A DNA stretch of 64,000 bases from Chloroflexota bacterium (GCA_963663275.1 OY760183.1:224001-288000), one strand, 5' to 3'; numbered from the stretch's first letter, positions 1 through 10,358 are shown. The notes: generated by a model not told the origin, from the letters alone. Translations and numbers: made by a program.

Positions 1-74
1 GGCGCTGGGGCTCCCCAGATAGTTCGCTAGCCGCCTCGGCTCAATAACCTAACCCCTGAGCACTGTCCTCGACA

Positions 75-857
75 TTAAAGCTGCGGCACGCACACTTTGC
101 CGCCGCGGGCCACGGGCAGGCCGGCGAAGGCGCAGCGGTTGCCCCACTGGTCGATGGCCGCTTTGGACTTGTATTCGTTGATGACCTTGTGGCGGGACGT
201 GTGGCTGTAGTTATTGCCGGCGGTATGCAGCACCATCACGTGGATGAAGAGCACGTCGCCGGGCTTGGCGATCATCGGCACCGGGTCGTAGTCCGCCACC
301 TTCTCGTCGGCTACGGTATGGCCGTGTGACGTCTCCCACTCGCCCATCAGGTGGCTGCCGGGCAGCACCGTGGTCGCGCCCGCGTCGACGTCATTGGCAT
401 CCAGGTAGATGATGGCCGCCGCCAGTTCCGACTTACTGTGGCGCTCGTAGGGCCAGTCCTGGTGCCAGCCCTGTTCATTCGTGAAGCCCGGCGGATTGTT
501 GCGCACCTTGCCGTTGTGGAAGTCGATGTCCGGGCCGAAGAGGTCGATGAAGACGTTCACTATGCGGGGGTCGGTAACGTTGTTGAACCAGTAATCGCTC
601 GCCAACGGCTGGTCCATGATGCCCTGCACGTTCTTGGGGTTATAGGGGTCGATGGGATACCCCTCCGCCTGCTCCATGAAGGTGTATCTTATAGCCTCAG
701 GACGGCCGTCCGTATTGGTGATGAGGTCATGGAACTCCCGCCGCATCTCCTCAATCTCAGCGGCGTTGTACAAGCCCTCCATCACGAGATACCCGTTATC
801 GTCGAAGAACTGCTTCTGCTCCGGCGCCAAAGTCACCAGTTGCATAGTACTTGCCAT
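75..857 (-). CDS. Phytanoyl-CoA dioxygenase (PhyH) family Fe(II)/2-oxoglutarate dioxygenase
   Basis: F..NGYL N-terminus, GWHQD (HxD) motif, VLPGSH, GDVLFIH...LHTA; ATG at 857 preceded by an AGGAGAGG RBS. Confidence 0.9.
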   Translation of the reverse strand: MASTMQLVTLAPEQKQFFDDNGYLVMEGLYNAAEIEEMRREFHDLITNTDGRPEAIRYTFMEQAEGYPIDPYNPKNVQGIMDQPLASDYWFNNVTDPRIVNVFIDLFGPDIDFHNGKVRNNPPGFTNEQGWHQDWPYERHSKSELAAAIIYLDANDVDAGATTVLPGSHLMGEWETSHGHTVADEKVADYDPVPMIAKPGDVLFIHVMVLHTAGNNYSHTSRHKVINEYKSKAAIDQWGNRCAFAGLPVARGGKVCVPQL

Positions 858-1187
858 CGTTTCCTCTCCTAATTCTGCCGTGCTCGAATTCGTCGATGGT
901 GAGCACACCTTGTTCGATTATACAACCTTCTGCGCGAGGCTGGCATGGGGGCGTTCGCACCCGCCTGCGGAGCCCGCGCGCATGGCCTTGCGGAGCGCCA
1001 CTTCAGGCCGATAGCGCCGGTTGCGCGGGAAAAACGCCATGCGGAAGACCACCTCCGCAAACCGTCTTGCGTTACTATGAACTTTAGACTATCGACTGTC
1101 AATAGTACAGTCGCGAATCGAGACAGAACAAGGCTGGATATAGTAGTCTGGGATTGGAGTTTCGCATCGAGCAACGGGAGTGTCCTC

Positions 1188-1430
1188 ATGGAGATCCTGG
1201 TCAGAGAGTACGCCGTATACGAGGACAAACGGGCTGAATTAGAAGCCGAATTCATGGGCAAGTGGGTCGTCATATGCGGTGACGACTTCCTGGAAGTGTA
1301 TGAAACCTTCCAGGTCGCCGCCGATCAAGCGGCGCAGAAGTTCGGCCGCGGCCCATACCTCATCGAGGAGATCGGCAGAGACCACGCGGCCCGGCTGCCT
1401 ACTTCCGTGATGTACGGCACGAGAGTATGA
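1188..1430 (+). CDS. Small DUF5678-like protein (80 aa)
   Basis: E.F.GKWVVICG pattern; stop overlaps the next start (ATGA at 1427-1430). Confidence 0.65.
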   Translation: MEILVREYAVYEDKRAELEAEFMGKWVVICGDDFLEVYETFQVAADQAAQKFGRGPYLIEEIGRDHAARLPTSVMYGTRV

Positions 1431-1876
1431 GCGGTAAGAGCCTGGATCTTCTGCGCAACGGGCCCACCCTGCCCGTTCACATAGGGTTTCATCCCACGTA
1501 CCGGCTAGGCAGTAGCGCCATCGACGCCGATGTGCTAAGCGCGCTCTTCGAGCCATGCTCAGCGCTCATAGACACCGGCGCCTCCGTCAGTTGCATTGAC
1601 GACGATCTCGCCAGAGAGCTGGAACTGCCTGCCGTTGCGGTACGTACGATAGCCGGCGTCACCGGCGCGGCGACGTACTTCGAGTATTCCGCTCAGATTT
1701 TCGTTCCCGAGTTGGATAGGCTCGTCTATGGTGAGGTCGTTGGCGTCAACCTGGCCGAGATCGACCGCGAGTATCGCGTGTTGCTGGGGCGAGACTTCCT
1801 GCAGTATTGCAGAATGGTCTACGACGGCATCGCCGGTGAGGTCAGCTTGACCGACTATTCACTGCCTGCAAATTAG
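1427..1876 (+). CDS. Retropepsin-like (clan AA) single-domain aspartyl protease
   Basis: ALIDTGAS catalytic motif and C-terminal LLGRDFL motif. Confidence 0.85.
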   Translation: MSGKSLDLLRNGPTLPVHIGFHPTYRLGSSAIDADVLSALFEPCSALIDTGASVSCIDDDLARELELPAVAVRTIAGVTGAATYFEYSAQIFVPELDRLVYGEVVGVNLAEIDREYRVLLGRDFLQYCRMVYDGIAGEVSLTDYSLPAN

Positions 1877-1914
1877 ACTCCACTCACGACCGAGCGACCG
1901 CTCTGAGACCGCTT

Positions 1915-2955
1915 TCACTCCTGAACCTCAACCCTCCCGCCGCCGTGGGAACTCTCATACACCGCCTCGCCGAAGGTGAGCGCCTTGTAGCTATCCCAGA
2001 GGTCGGGGCCGCCGGTTTCCAGGCCCAGGCAGCGGCGGGCGAAGTGGCGCACCTCGCCGGTGTAGCCGAAGTTTATCTGGCTCCGCGCTATGCTGTTCCA
2101 CGCGGGCTCCACGGTGTAGTTGTAGCGGCCCAGGTGCGGCTTCTCCTGCGTCCATTCCTCGTAGGGCTGGTACGTGACCTTCAGCATATCCTCGCAGACC
2201 ACGTGTTTTTCCAGGCCGATGAGTTCCAGGTTCTCGATGATGTCGCGGAACGCCACCTTGGAATCGAGCGTATTGATGTCCATCTGGCCGACCATGCCGT
2301 TCGTGAATTCCACGTTGATCAGATAGGCGAAATTCTGGGGGCCCACCTCGTGGTAGAGCGCGTTCACGGCTTTCACGTCGCCGCCATAGAAGCGCATCAG
2401 GTCGAAGATGTGCACGCATTGGCCGATGAGGAACGCCCGTTTGGCGGAGTCGATGCCCCAGATCTGCGGGTACTTGCCCTGCCCGAACTTGGTCTTGACC
2501 ACGTGCAGGTCGCCAAACTCCGGCCGGGAGACGATCTCCTTGGCGATGAGGTACACGTCGGCAAAGCGCTTCATGAAGCCCACCTGGCCCCACACACCGT
2601 TTGCCTCCGCCATTTCGGCCAGTTCCTTGGCTTCCGCCGAGGTATTGGCCGACGGCTTTTCCGTGTACACCGGCAGGCCGCGCTGCAGCACCACCGGCGC
2701 TAGCTGGTACTGCTGGGGCGCGGGGCCGATGGTGAACACGCCGTCAAGCTCTTCCGTGTCCAGCATCTTGTGCATGTCGGTGTAGACGCGGCGCGCGCCG
2801 AAGTTGCGGGCGTTGCGCTGCGCCTTCTCCTCTTCGATGTCGCACACGGCGACCAGGTCGATTTCGGGGATGAGTTGAATCTGGGGAAAGATCGAGGCGG
2901 TGGCAAAAGCGCCACAGCCGATGAAGGCAAGTCTGGCGCGGCGTTCGGTACTCAT
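1915..2955 (-). CDS. Gfo/Idh/MocA family oxidoreductase (346 aa)
   Basis: IGCG Rossmann motif, EKP motif, VGFMKRF; start taken at MSTERR by comparison with the adjacent paralog. Confidence 0.92.
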   Translation of the reverse strand: MSTERRARLAFIGCGAFATASIFPQIQLIPEIDLVAVCDIEEEKAQRNARNFGARRVYTDMHKMLDTEELDGVFTIGPAPQQYQLAPVVLQRGLPVYTEKPSANTSAEAKELAEMAEANGVWGQVGFMKRFADVYLIAKEIVSRPEFGDLHVVKTKFGQGKYPQIWGIDSAKRAFLIGQCVHIFDLMRFYGGDVKAVNALYHEVGPQNFAYLINVEFTNGMVGQMDINTLDSKVAFRDIIENLELIGLEKHVVCEDMLKVTYQPYEEWTQEKPHLGRYNYTVEPAWNSIARSQINFGYTGEVRHFARRCLGLETGGPDLWDSYKALTFGEAVYESSHGGGRVEVQE

Positions 2956-3101
2956 GGGAAAATTCGCTCCTTGCGATGGGGGCGCGATGCAATTGCAATG
3001 CGGTGAAGCAGTCGCGGGCAGTCCAATCGCACCGGCAAGAGTATTACGGAGATTATATGCCCACGTGGCAGGCGCATCAAAGTACCGCCGGGCCTTGCCC
3101 C

Positions 3102-3278
3102 CAATGGTGTCGCATAAACGTAGCGCGGGGGCTTGTCCCCCGCCGGAACGAGAAAAATGAGAACGGGATGGATTTACCCTACGGAACACGCAGGTTATGC
3201 GCACCAGCCGTGCGAACCTGCGCTACCGGAGAAACGAGCGTAGTTTTCAATCTCATTGCGTTTAGCGCGACAACACTA
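3102..3278. mobile_element. MITE family D (YAATG-type ends), copy 1
   Basis: Imperfect TIR caatggtgtcgcataaacg / cgtttagcgcgacaacacta; flanks ggccttgcccc vs ggtcttgtccc (9/11); carries GTAG-REP hairpins. Confidence 0.6.
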
Positions 3279-3400
3279 GGTCTTGTCCCCCGCCTCTTGC
3301 GCGGATCAAGACCGGCGTGCCCAGCGCGCGGCAAAGCAAGCCGGATTCCGCAATGCTGAGAAATCAACTGCGCGGCAAACGCTGTGTCCGGCGCCGGCGC

Positions 3401-4441
3401 CTATTGTTCCACCAGCACCCGGCCCCCGCCGTGTGAGCTCCGGTAGACCGCTTCCCCGAACGTGAGCGCCTTGTAGCTATCCCAGAGGTCGGGGCCGGTG
3501 TTCACCTCGCCCAGGCAACGGCGGGCGAAATGCTCCACCTCGCCGGTGTAGCCGAAGTTGCGCTTGCTGATCGACAGGCCGGTCCACGAGGGCTCCAGGG
3601 TGAAGTTGTACCGGCCCAGGCGCGGCGCTTCATCCGTCCACGCTTCCTGGGGCTGGTATTTGACCTTCATCATGTCCTCGCAGACCAGGTGGGTCTCCAT
3701 GCCGATGAGTTCCAGCGTCTCGATGATGTCGCGGGTGCCCACCTTGGAATCGAGCGTATTGATGTCCATGTGGCCGACGCTGCCGTTCACGAACTCCAGA
3801 TTGATGAGATAGGAGAAGTTTTGCGGGCCGACCTCATAGTAGAGCGCATTCACGGCGCGCACGTCGCCGCCGAAGAAACGCACCAGGTCGAAGATGTGCA
3901 CGCACTGGCCGATGAGAAAAGCGCGCTTGGCGGAGTCGATGCCCCAGATTTGCGGATACTTGCCCTGGCCGAACTTGACCTTGAGCACGTGCAGGCCGCC
4001 AAATTCTGGACGGGCGATAACTTCCTTGGCAATTCGATAGACGTCGGCGAAGCGCTTCATGAAGCCCACCTGGCCCCACGTGCCGTTGGCCTCGGCCAAT
4101 TCGGCCAGTTCCTTGGCCTCCGCCGAGGTATTGGCCGACGGCTTCTCCACGTACACCGGCAAGCCGCGCCGGAGTACCACCGGCGCAAGCCGGTACTGCT
4201 GCGGCGCCGGTCCGATGGTGAACACACCATCGAGTTCCTCCGTATCGAGCATCTTCTCCATGTCGGTGTACACGCGGCGCGCGCCGAAGTTGCGGGCGTT
4301 GCGCTGCGCTTTGTCTTCGTCGAGGTCGCACACGGCGACGAGTTCGATCTCGGGGATGAGCTGAATCTGCGGAAAGATCGAGGCCGTGGCAAAGGAGCCA
4401 CAACCGATGAAGGCAAGTCTGGCTTGACGCGCGGTGCTCAT
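3401..4441 (-). CDS. Gfo/Idh/MocA family oxidoreductase (346 aa), tandem paralog of 1915-2955
   Basis: Same motifs, same length and long identical stretches (e.g. KFGQGKYPQIWGIDSAKRAFLIGQCVHIFDL). Confidence 0.92.
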   Translation of the reverse strand: MSTARQARLAFIGCGSFATASIFPQIQLIPEIELVAVCDLDEDKAQRNARNFGARRVYTDMEKMLDTEELDGVFTIGPAPQQYRLAPVVLRRGLPVYVEKPSANTSAEAKELAELAEANGTWGQVGFMKRFADVYRIAKEVIARPEFGGLHVLKVKFGQGKYPQIWGIDSAKRAFLIGQCVHIFDLVRFFGGDVRAVNALYYEVGPQNFSYLINLEFVNGSVGHMDINTLDSKVGTRDIIETLELIGMETHLVCEDMMKVKYQPQEAWTDEAPRLGRYNFTLEPSWTGLSISKRNFGYTGEVEHFARRCLGEVNTGPDLWDSYKALTFGEAVYRSSHGGGRVLVEQ

Positions 4442-4597
4442 GGGGTAATCGCTCCATCAGGTGAGGCCGGGGCGCAGCCAATTCGCGGTGAGATGCATGC
4501 TGACTGGCATTCCACGACCGGGAAGGGTACTACGGCAATTATATTCTCACGGCGCGGGCGCATCAATGCTGAGCGATTTTGGCATGATCCCCATTAG

Positions 4598-4928
4598 GAG
4601 ACCTTTTCATAGCCCCTTCCCTCTCGATGGCTGACTGGGGTATGTATTCTACAGTCGACTTCACGTGTCATTCCGAACGGAGCGCAGCGGAGAGAGGAAT
4701 CTAAGGCGCCACTCCGCAAAATCAGCAACTCTAGATTCCGCGAACCCTGTTCGACGCTCCACTCGGAATGACATTTACATACCCTTGTCAGCCCCTCAAT
4801 GGGGAAGGTTGGGATGGGGGTGAAATGGCTTGACTTGATGCTATCTTTAGTTGCAACAGCGCCCTGTGTTCTGCGCCCCCGCGCAGGGGCGGGCTTTCGC
4901 AGGAAAGACGGAGTCATGTAAGAGTTTC
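4598..4928. mobile_element. GAGACC-ended MITE (family B) carrying a nested CTGAC-MITE
   Basis: Degenerate TIR gagaccttttcata / catgtaagagtttc; same internal layout as the intact 140-bp copies. Confidence 0.6.
4631..4791. mobile_element. CTGAC...GTCAG MITE (family A), copy 1
   Basis: TIR ctgactggggtatgta / tacatacccttgtcag; 11-bp flanks cctctcgatgg vs cccctcaatgg; internal GTCATTCCG..GGAATCT REP doublet. Confidence 0.75.
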
Positions 4929-5087
4929 CTCAGGGGCAGGCAGCCAGCGCGTTGACCCGTAGCGGGTATACTTTGTACTAGAATACCTCTAACGTGCAGC
5001 GCCTGACACCGGCGCGGTGGGCGCTTTCATCCATCGCGGAAAGACCGGAGAGCGTGAGAACGCAAAGCAGTAGCAGAGGAGCACCCC

Positions 5088-6680
5088 ATGAGCGAGCGGC
5101 CGAATTTCCTCATCATCCTCACCGACCAGATGCGCGGCGACACCATGAGGTGCGCCTGGCGCGACTGGCGAGATGACACGCCGCTGCAAACGCCCAATCT
5201 CGATCGGCTGGCGGCCGGCGGCGCGCTGCTTGAACGCGCTTATGTCAATAATCCTCTCTGCATGCCCTCCCGCTCCACGCTGCTCACCGGCCTCACCCCG
5301 CGCGGGCACAACGTGCGCACCAACGGCATCGACCTGGACCCGGCCTTTCCCACGGTCACCGGCACATTGGCCGATGTCGGCTACCGCACCCACAGCATCG
5401 GCAAGATCCACGTGCGCACGGGCGGCGAGCCCATCGGGGTTGACCCGAAAACGCTCGAGCCGCTGGACTTTCCCGAAACCCGCTGGATGTGGCGCAACCG
5501 CAAGGTCTCGTCGCTGCCCACGCCTTACTACGGGTTCGAAAGCACGGAACTGACCATCGGCCACGGGCCAGGGAACTTCGACAATCACTACCTGTGGCTG
5601 GAGCGCGAGCACCCGGACGTGCTGCCCTTCTGGAACCGCCAGGCGTCCACTCCCGCGGCCAGCGGCGCGGAGCAGTCCTACCGCATCAACGTGCCGCCAG
5701 AGTACCACTACAACACCTGGATCGCCGACCGCTCGATTGCCTATATGAAAGAGGCGGCCGCCCAGCCGCAGCCTTTCATGCTCTGGGCCTCGTTCCCCGA
5801 TCCCCATCATCCGTTTGCCGCGCCGGAGCCGTGGTTTTCCCTGTACGACCGCGATGCGATCCCGCCGGCGACGCGGCGCGAAAACGAACTGGACGACCTG
5901 CCGCCGCACATGCGCCTGAGGTACGAGACCGACCAGTGGACGTCCGGCCGGCGCATGGCCACCAGGATGCCGGATGAACAGATGCGCGAAATTACGGCCA
6001 TCACCTTTGGCATGGTTTCATTCATCGACGAGCAGGTGGGGCGCATACTGGACTCGCTCGACGAACTGGGCCTGGCCGCAAACACCGTTGTCGTCTTTAC
6101 CGCCGACCACGGCGATCTGCTCGGCGACCACTGGCTATTGAACAAAGGGCCCTACCACTTCGACGGCATGCTGAACATCCCCTCGATCTGGCGCTGGCCG
6201 GCGCGCTTCCCGGCGGGCCAGGTCTCCCAGAGCCTGGTCTCGCACCTGGACATCCCGCCGACGCTGCTCGACCTGGCGGGTGTTGAAGCGCCGGAGTACG
6301 GGCCGCCGTTCATGAAAGGCATACCGCAGCCGGAAGCGGAACGGCAGATGGCGGCCTGGCCGGGACGCGCGCTCACGCCGCTGCTCGCCGGCGCGGCGGA
6401 GTCCGTGCAGGACGCCATCATCATCGAGAACGACGAGGACTACATCGGGCTGCGCCTGCGCACGCTGGTCACAGACACCCACCAACTCACGGTCTACGTG
6501 GGCGACGACGGCGAGCAGGAGTACGGCGAACTCTTCGACACCCGGAATGACCCCGGCCAACTCCACAATCTCTGGAGCGATCCCGCCGCGCAAGGCCTGA
6601 AACGCGAACTCAAGGCGCGCCTGATGGCGGAACTCGTCCGCACCGACAACCGGCTGCCTAGAAGGCAAAGCCATGCGTGA
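5088..6680 (+). CDS. Sulfatase (formylglycine-dependent, Cys type)
   Basis: RPNFLIILTDQ, CMPSRSTLLTG signature, GKIH, DPHHP, TADHGD; GAGGAG RBS. Confidence 0.95.
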   Translation: MSERPNFLIILTDQMRGDTMRCAWRDWRDDTPLQTPNLDRLAAGGALLERAYVNNPLCMPSRSTLLTGLTPRGHNVRTNGIDLDPAFPTVTGTLADVGYRTHSIGKIHVRTGGEPIGVDPKTLEPLDFPETRWMWRNRKVSSLPTPYYGFESTELTIGHGPGNFDNHYLWLEREHPDVLPFWNRQASTPAASGAEQSYRINVPPEYHYNTWIADRSIAYMKEAAAQPQPFMLWASFPDPHHPFAAPEPWFSLYDRDAIPPATRRENELDDLPPHMRLRYETDQWTSGRRMATRMPDEQMREITAITFGMVSFIDEQVGRILDSLDELGLAANTVVVFTADHGDLLGDHWLLNKGPYHFDGMLNIPSIWRWPARFPAGQVSQSLVSHLDIPPTLLDLAGVEAPEYGPPFMKGIPQPEAERQMAAWPGRALTPLLAGAAESVQDAIIIENDEDYIGLRLRTLVTDTHQLTVYVGDDGEQEYGELFDTRNDPGQLHNLWSDPAAQGLKRELKARLMAELVRTDNRLPRRQSHA

Positions 6681-6761
6681 CTCACGCAGTCGGCGCCTTG
6701 CGGGGGATTGCGCGAGTCCGGCGTCATGCGTTACGTTGAAAGGAGACAGGAGACACTGGCC

Positions 6762-6947
6762 ATGGAGAACTACGAGTTCATCCGTTCCTTAGCCGTTGCC
6801 GCCGTGGCAATCGCGGCACTGATATGGCGTTTCGATACACGCCTGGCCGGTGTCGAAACGCGCATTGCCGACTTGTCCCACCGTGTATCCCGCATCGAGG
6901 GGCTACTCGAGAGATACGTTCTCCAGGCTGGCAAGAAGCAAGAGTGA
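6762..6947 (+). CDS. Small membrane-anchored coiled-coil hypothetical protein (61 aa)
   Basis: AGGAG RBS; hydrophobic N-terminal helix followed by a heptad stretch ending RVSRIEGLL. Confidence 0.6.
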   Translation: MENYEFIRSLAVAAVAIAALIWRFDTRLAGVETRIADLSHRVSRIEGLLERYVLQAGKKQE

Positions 6948-7009
6948 CCCGGCTCCTACAGGGACGGGTCACTTGCCGATAAACCCCTCAGGTATCCCCA
7001 CCGTCTCTC

Positions 7010-7270
7010 ATGAGAAATTTCGTGGCCGTGCTTTTCCCAGAGCGCCTGGCCGTCCTTGTCAAGCGGGCGGTGATCGCGCTGCGCTGCACGTACCCCGAAG
7101 AGAAAGAGACGGCGTACTCGCTGGAATTGAGAATGACCGGCAGAGTGCGCTACGCCGTGCGCCGCGACTTGATCCTGGCCAACGGGTTGAGAACGGTGCT
7201 GTACCAACTGGAGGAATCGACCGAACCCCAGACGTTTAGCAAGGGCGCACAACCGCCGGCGATCCCTTAA
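7010..7270 (+). CDS. Hypothetical protein or gene fragment
   Basis: 86-aa ORF filling the gap; no RBS or motif recognised. Confidence 0.25.
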   Translation: MRNFVAVLFPERLAVLVKRAVIALRCTYPEEKETAYSLELRMTGRVRYAVRRDLILANGLRTVLYQLEESTEPQTFSKGAQPPAIP

Positions 7271-7335
7271 CAAGACAATGACGACTCCCACTTTCAGGGG
7301 AATCGCCATTGTCCGCCGCCGTTGTCCGGTCAATT

Positions 7336-8619
7336 CTATACCCGGTAATACTCCGCCACTTTGGCGAACATCGTCGCCATGTCTTCCACGTCCTCGGCGG
7401 TGTGCTTATCGGTCCAGCCCCAGCGGATGGTGGTATCCACGTGTTCCTTGCCCTGGGGGCACATGGCCGCGCTGTACTCGATGTCCTTGGCAAAAGCGTT
7501 CATGGGGTGGTCCCACGGCCAGCCGGACTTGCCGGCCACGTGGGCCTTCTTCTGCATGAACGTATGGCTGTCGGGCACCAGGTAGTAGGGCGCGGGGCCC
7601 GCGCCGGCACTCAGGCCCTCGGCCTTCAGCGCGTCGGCAAAGTCCCAGATGGAGCAGCGGAACTGGTCCAGGTCCAGGCGGACGTGGTAGAGCCAGTGGA
7701 TGTGGTCGCTGCCGGGGGGTGTATACGGCGGGGTCAGGCCGTCGATCTCAGCGATCAGGGAGTTCAAGTGAGCCGCGCCCTGCCGCCGCCGCTCGTTCTG
7801 CTCCTCCAGCACGCCAAGCTCCGCCAGCCCCAGCGCCGACTCGAACTGGCCGAAGCGCAGGTTCAGGCCGAACGTATCGTGCTTGCGGCCGTAGTTGGGA
7901 TACGACACCGCGCCGCGCGAGAGCGCAAATTGCCGCACGCCGTCGGCAATGTCCTTGTTGTCCGTGGTGATGGCGCCGCCGTGGTCGGCGCTCAGGTGCT
8001 TCTCCGCGTCGAACGAGAACGCGCCCACGTCGCCCAGCGAGCCGGCCTTGCCGCGCACGTTCTGCCCCGTGTAATTCGCCAGCGGCGCCTGGCAGACGTC
8101 CTCCACCAGCGTGATGCCCCTGTCCGCCGCCAGCGCCACGATCTCTTCCATGGGGCAGAGCAGGCCGTAGAAATGCACCGCCACGATGGCCGCCGTGCGC
8201 GGCGAGAGCACTTTCTCGATCGTCTCGGCGGTCACGTTGCCCGTGCGCACGTCCACGTCGGGGAAGATCGGAATCGCCCCCTGCGCCACGATGCCGGCGA
8301 TGGTGCCGAAGTCCGTGATGGGGCTGACGACGATTTCGTCGCCCGGTCCGGCGCCCAAGCCGGCGTACAGCGCGTGCAGCGCCGCCGTGCAGTTGGCGAT
8401 GGCGACGCAGTACTTGGTGCCCGTCGCCGCGGCAAACGCCTCCTCGAAACGGCCGATCATGTTGCTGGCGACGCCGCCGTCCAGCACCTCGCGCACGTTG
8501 TCGTAGGCGCTCTCCGGCACGTAGCGGGGAAAGACTTCCTGCAATGGATTGTCCGCGCTCCGCACCGGCGCGCCTCCATCGATAGCCAAACTGACGTCCG
8601 CGGGACTCTTGATTGCCAT
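7336..8619 (-). CDS. DegT/DnrJ/EryC1/StrS family PLP-dependent aminotransferase
   Basis: NCTAALH, GPGDEIVV, VEDVCQA, FSFDAEKHL (PLP lysine); AAAGGAG RBS before MAIKS. Confidence 0.92.
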   Translation of the reverse strand: MAIKSPADVSLAIDGGAPVRSADNPLQEVFPRYVPESAYDNVREVLDGGVASNMIGRFEEAFAAATGTKYCVAIANCTAALHALYAGLGAGPGDEIVVSPITDFGTIAGIVAQGAIPIFPDVDVRTGNVTAETIEKVLSPRTAAIVAVHFYGLLCPMEEIVALAADRGITLVEDVCQAPLANYTGQNVRGKAGSLGDVGAFSFDAEKHLSADHGGAITTDNKDIADGVRQFALSRGAVSYPNYGRKHDTFGLNLRFGQFESALGLAELGVLEEQNERRRQGAAHLNSLIAEIDGLTPPYTPPGSDHIHWLYHVRLDLDQFRCSIWDFADALKAEGLSAGAGPAPYYLVPDSHTFMQKKAHVAGKSGWPWDHPMNAFAKDIEYSAAMCPQGKEHVDTTIRWGWTDKHTAEDVEDMATMFAKVAEYYRV

Positions 8620-8800
8620 ACCACGCTCCTTTCGCGGGTTGTTTACTGGATTATACACCGATAGTTGGCGCGATGTGGATTCCCCCCCCTCTCCCCCAGG
8701 AAAACATCGCGTAACCTCGCTGAGAGGCGAACAGTACCCACTCCCAGGGGTAGAGGGAGCAAACGAAGCCTAGCGCGCGCGTCTTATCCCCTCTCCCTAG

Positions 8801-8946
8801 CTGACAGGGGTAGGCATTCTACATCCGACTTCACGTGTCATTCCGAGCGGAGCGCAGCGGAGAGAGGAATCTAAGGCTTTCGCTGCAAAAACGTCGGTTC
8901 TAGATTCCTCGCTCCGCTCGGAATGACACTTGCCTACCCCTGTCAG
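8801..8946. mobile_element. CTGAC MITE (family A), copy 2, 146 bp
   Basis: Perfect TIR ctgacaggggtaggca / tgcctacccctgtcag; flanks cctctccctag vs cctctcgctgg; inserted in a CCCTCTCCC..GGGAGAGGG hairpin. Confidence 0.85.
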
Positions 8947-9202
8947 CCTCTCGCTGGGGAGAGGGTTAGGGTGAGGGGAGATTATGCGGCGACTCATACC
9001 CAAGTCTTGCGAAATTGGGGAAGACCAACGAGGATTCCCCCTCACCCCGGCCCTCTCCCCAGGGAGAGGGGGCTTTTTGCCTGCCGGCCTTGTTGTGAAT
9101 AGACCTACCCCAGGAGAGGGAATGTCCGTTTGCATTTTGCACGCAGGCGGATTTTGCAAGCCCAAGGGTATTGCGGGCAGGTGAATGCGTCTCGCGCACG
9201 CG

Positions 9203-10195
9203 CTACGCGATTCGCGGAATTGCAACCGGCGCGTCCGCCGCCGCGGCCGCTTTGGCCGTGAGCGCCGCTTGCATCGATTGCAGCGCGCCGTCCGTATCCA
9301 CCAGCGGCTCTTCGCCGGCGGCGGCTTTCAGGGCAAAGTCGGCAAACACGTTTTGCGCGGCCGGCAGCAATTCAACCTGCCCGGCGTGGCCGCTATTGTA
9401 GAGAATCACCTCGCCTTTCGCCGTGATCTCCACCTGGCCGTCCGTGCCCACCACCTTCATGCGGCAGTCCATGCCGCCGAACGACGGATGCGCCAGGCGG
9501 TGGTGCTCCATGATCGCCGTCGCGTTCCCTTCCTGCAGAAAGAAGAGTTGGCCCGCGTTGCGGTAGTAGGGGTCGTCGGGACGGGCGAAGTTGGCCTCCC
9601 GCGCCAGCACGTGCTCGTACTCCAGTCCCGTAATCCAGCGGAGCGCGTCGATGTCGTGGATGAGCAGGTCGGGAATGGGGCCGCCGGAGAGCCGCTCGTC
9701 GAAGAACCACGGCGCGCGGGTCTCGCGCTTTTCCATGGCCGAGCGCAGGCCGTAGCTCTGCACAACGTCACCAATCGCGCCGCCGCGCACGATCTCGCGC
9801 AGCTTGGCGTAGCCTGGGCTGCCGCGCAGGGTGAAGAGTTGCCCCACTTTGCGGTCCGGCTGCTGGCGAGCCAGCGCCGCGACGGCGTCGAGTTCCGCCT
9901 GGGTAATGACCAGGGGCTTGTCCGCCGTGACGTGCAGGCCCGCCCGCAAGGCGTCGATGACGACTCGTCCCTGGTCGGCGGGAATGAGGCAGACCGCCGC
10001 CACGTCCAGTTGCTCCTGGGCGAACATCGCCGCGTGGTCGTCGTAGAGCCGCGCGCCGTACTTCTCCTGTAGTTCTCCGGCGCGCGCGCCCGCCTGCGCC
10101 ACCGCCGCCAGTTCGATGTTATCCGATTCGTCGATGCCCGCGAATACGTGCGGCACGTGCTGTTCCACGCCCACCAAACCTACTCGTGCTGCCAT
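9203..10195 (-). CDS. Gfo/Idh/MocA family oxidoreductase
   Basis: RVGLVG start, HVTADKPL motif, GGPIPDLLIHDID. Confidence 0.88.
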   Translation of the reverse strand: MAARVGLVGVEQHVPHVFAGIDESDNIELAAVAQAGARAGELQEKYGARLYDDHAAMFAQEQLDVAAVCLIPADQGRVVIDALRAGLHVTADKPLVITQAELDAVAALARQQPDRKVGQLFTLRGSPGYAKLREIVRGGAIGDVVQSYGLRSAMEKRETRAPWFFDERLSGGPIPDLLIHDIDALRWITGLEYEHVLAREANFARPDDPYYRNAGQLFFLQEGNATAIMEHHRLAHPSFGGMDCRMKVVGTDGQVEITAKGEVILYNSGHAGQVELLPAAQNVFADFALKAAAGEEPLVDTDGALQSMQAALTAKAAAAADAPVAIPRIA

Positions 10196-10358
10196 CGGCT
10201 TCGGCTATCCTTTCTGTCCGGGAGACAATTCTCGCTGCCTTGCTCCTCGCGCAACGCGGCAAACCGCGCTCCACGCGGCTAGCCCTGCCAGAGATAGTAC
10301 CGCACCCGCCAATCTCGCGCACGGTCTCCTCTATGGGTTAAAGGCCTCATGACACAAC

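Noticed and set aside
4594-4917. Short ORFs over repeat clusters (also 8797-9225, 26876-27284, 32570-32980, 37417-37749, 41195-41617, 54591-55036)
   Set aside because: They are translations of MITE/REP DNA (recurrent CHSERSEES and VIPSAARNL peptides) with no transposase motifs
7309-8664. Long antisense ORFs (also 10372-11784, 22522-24015, 27740-29383, 33279-34733, 44870-46903, 59873-61432)
   Set aside because: Shadow frames of well-supported genes, expected from GC-rich codon bias
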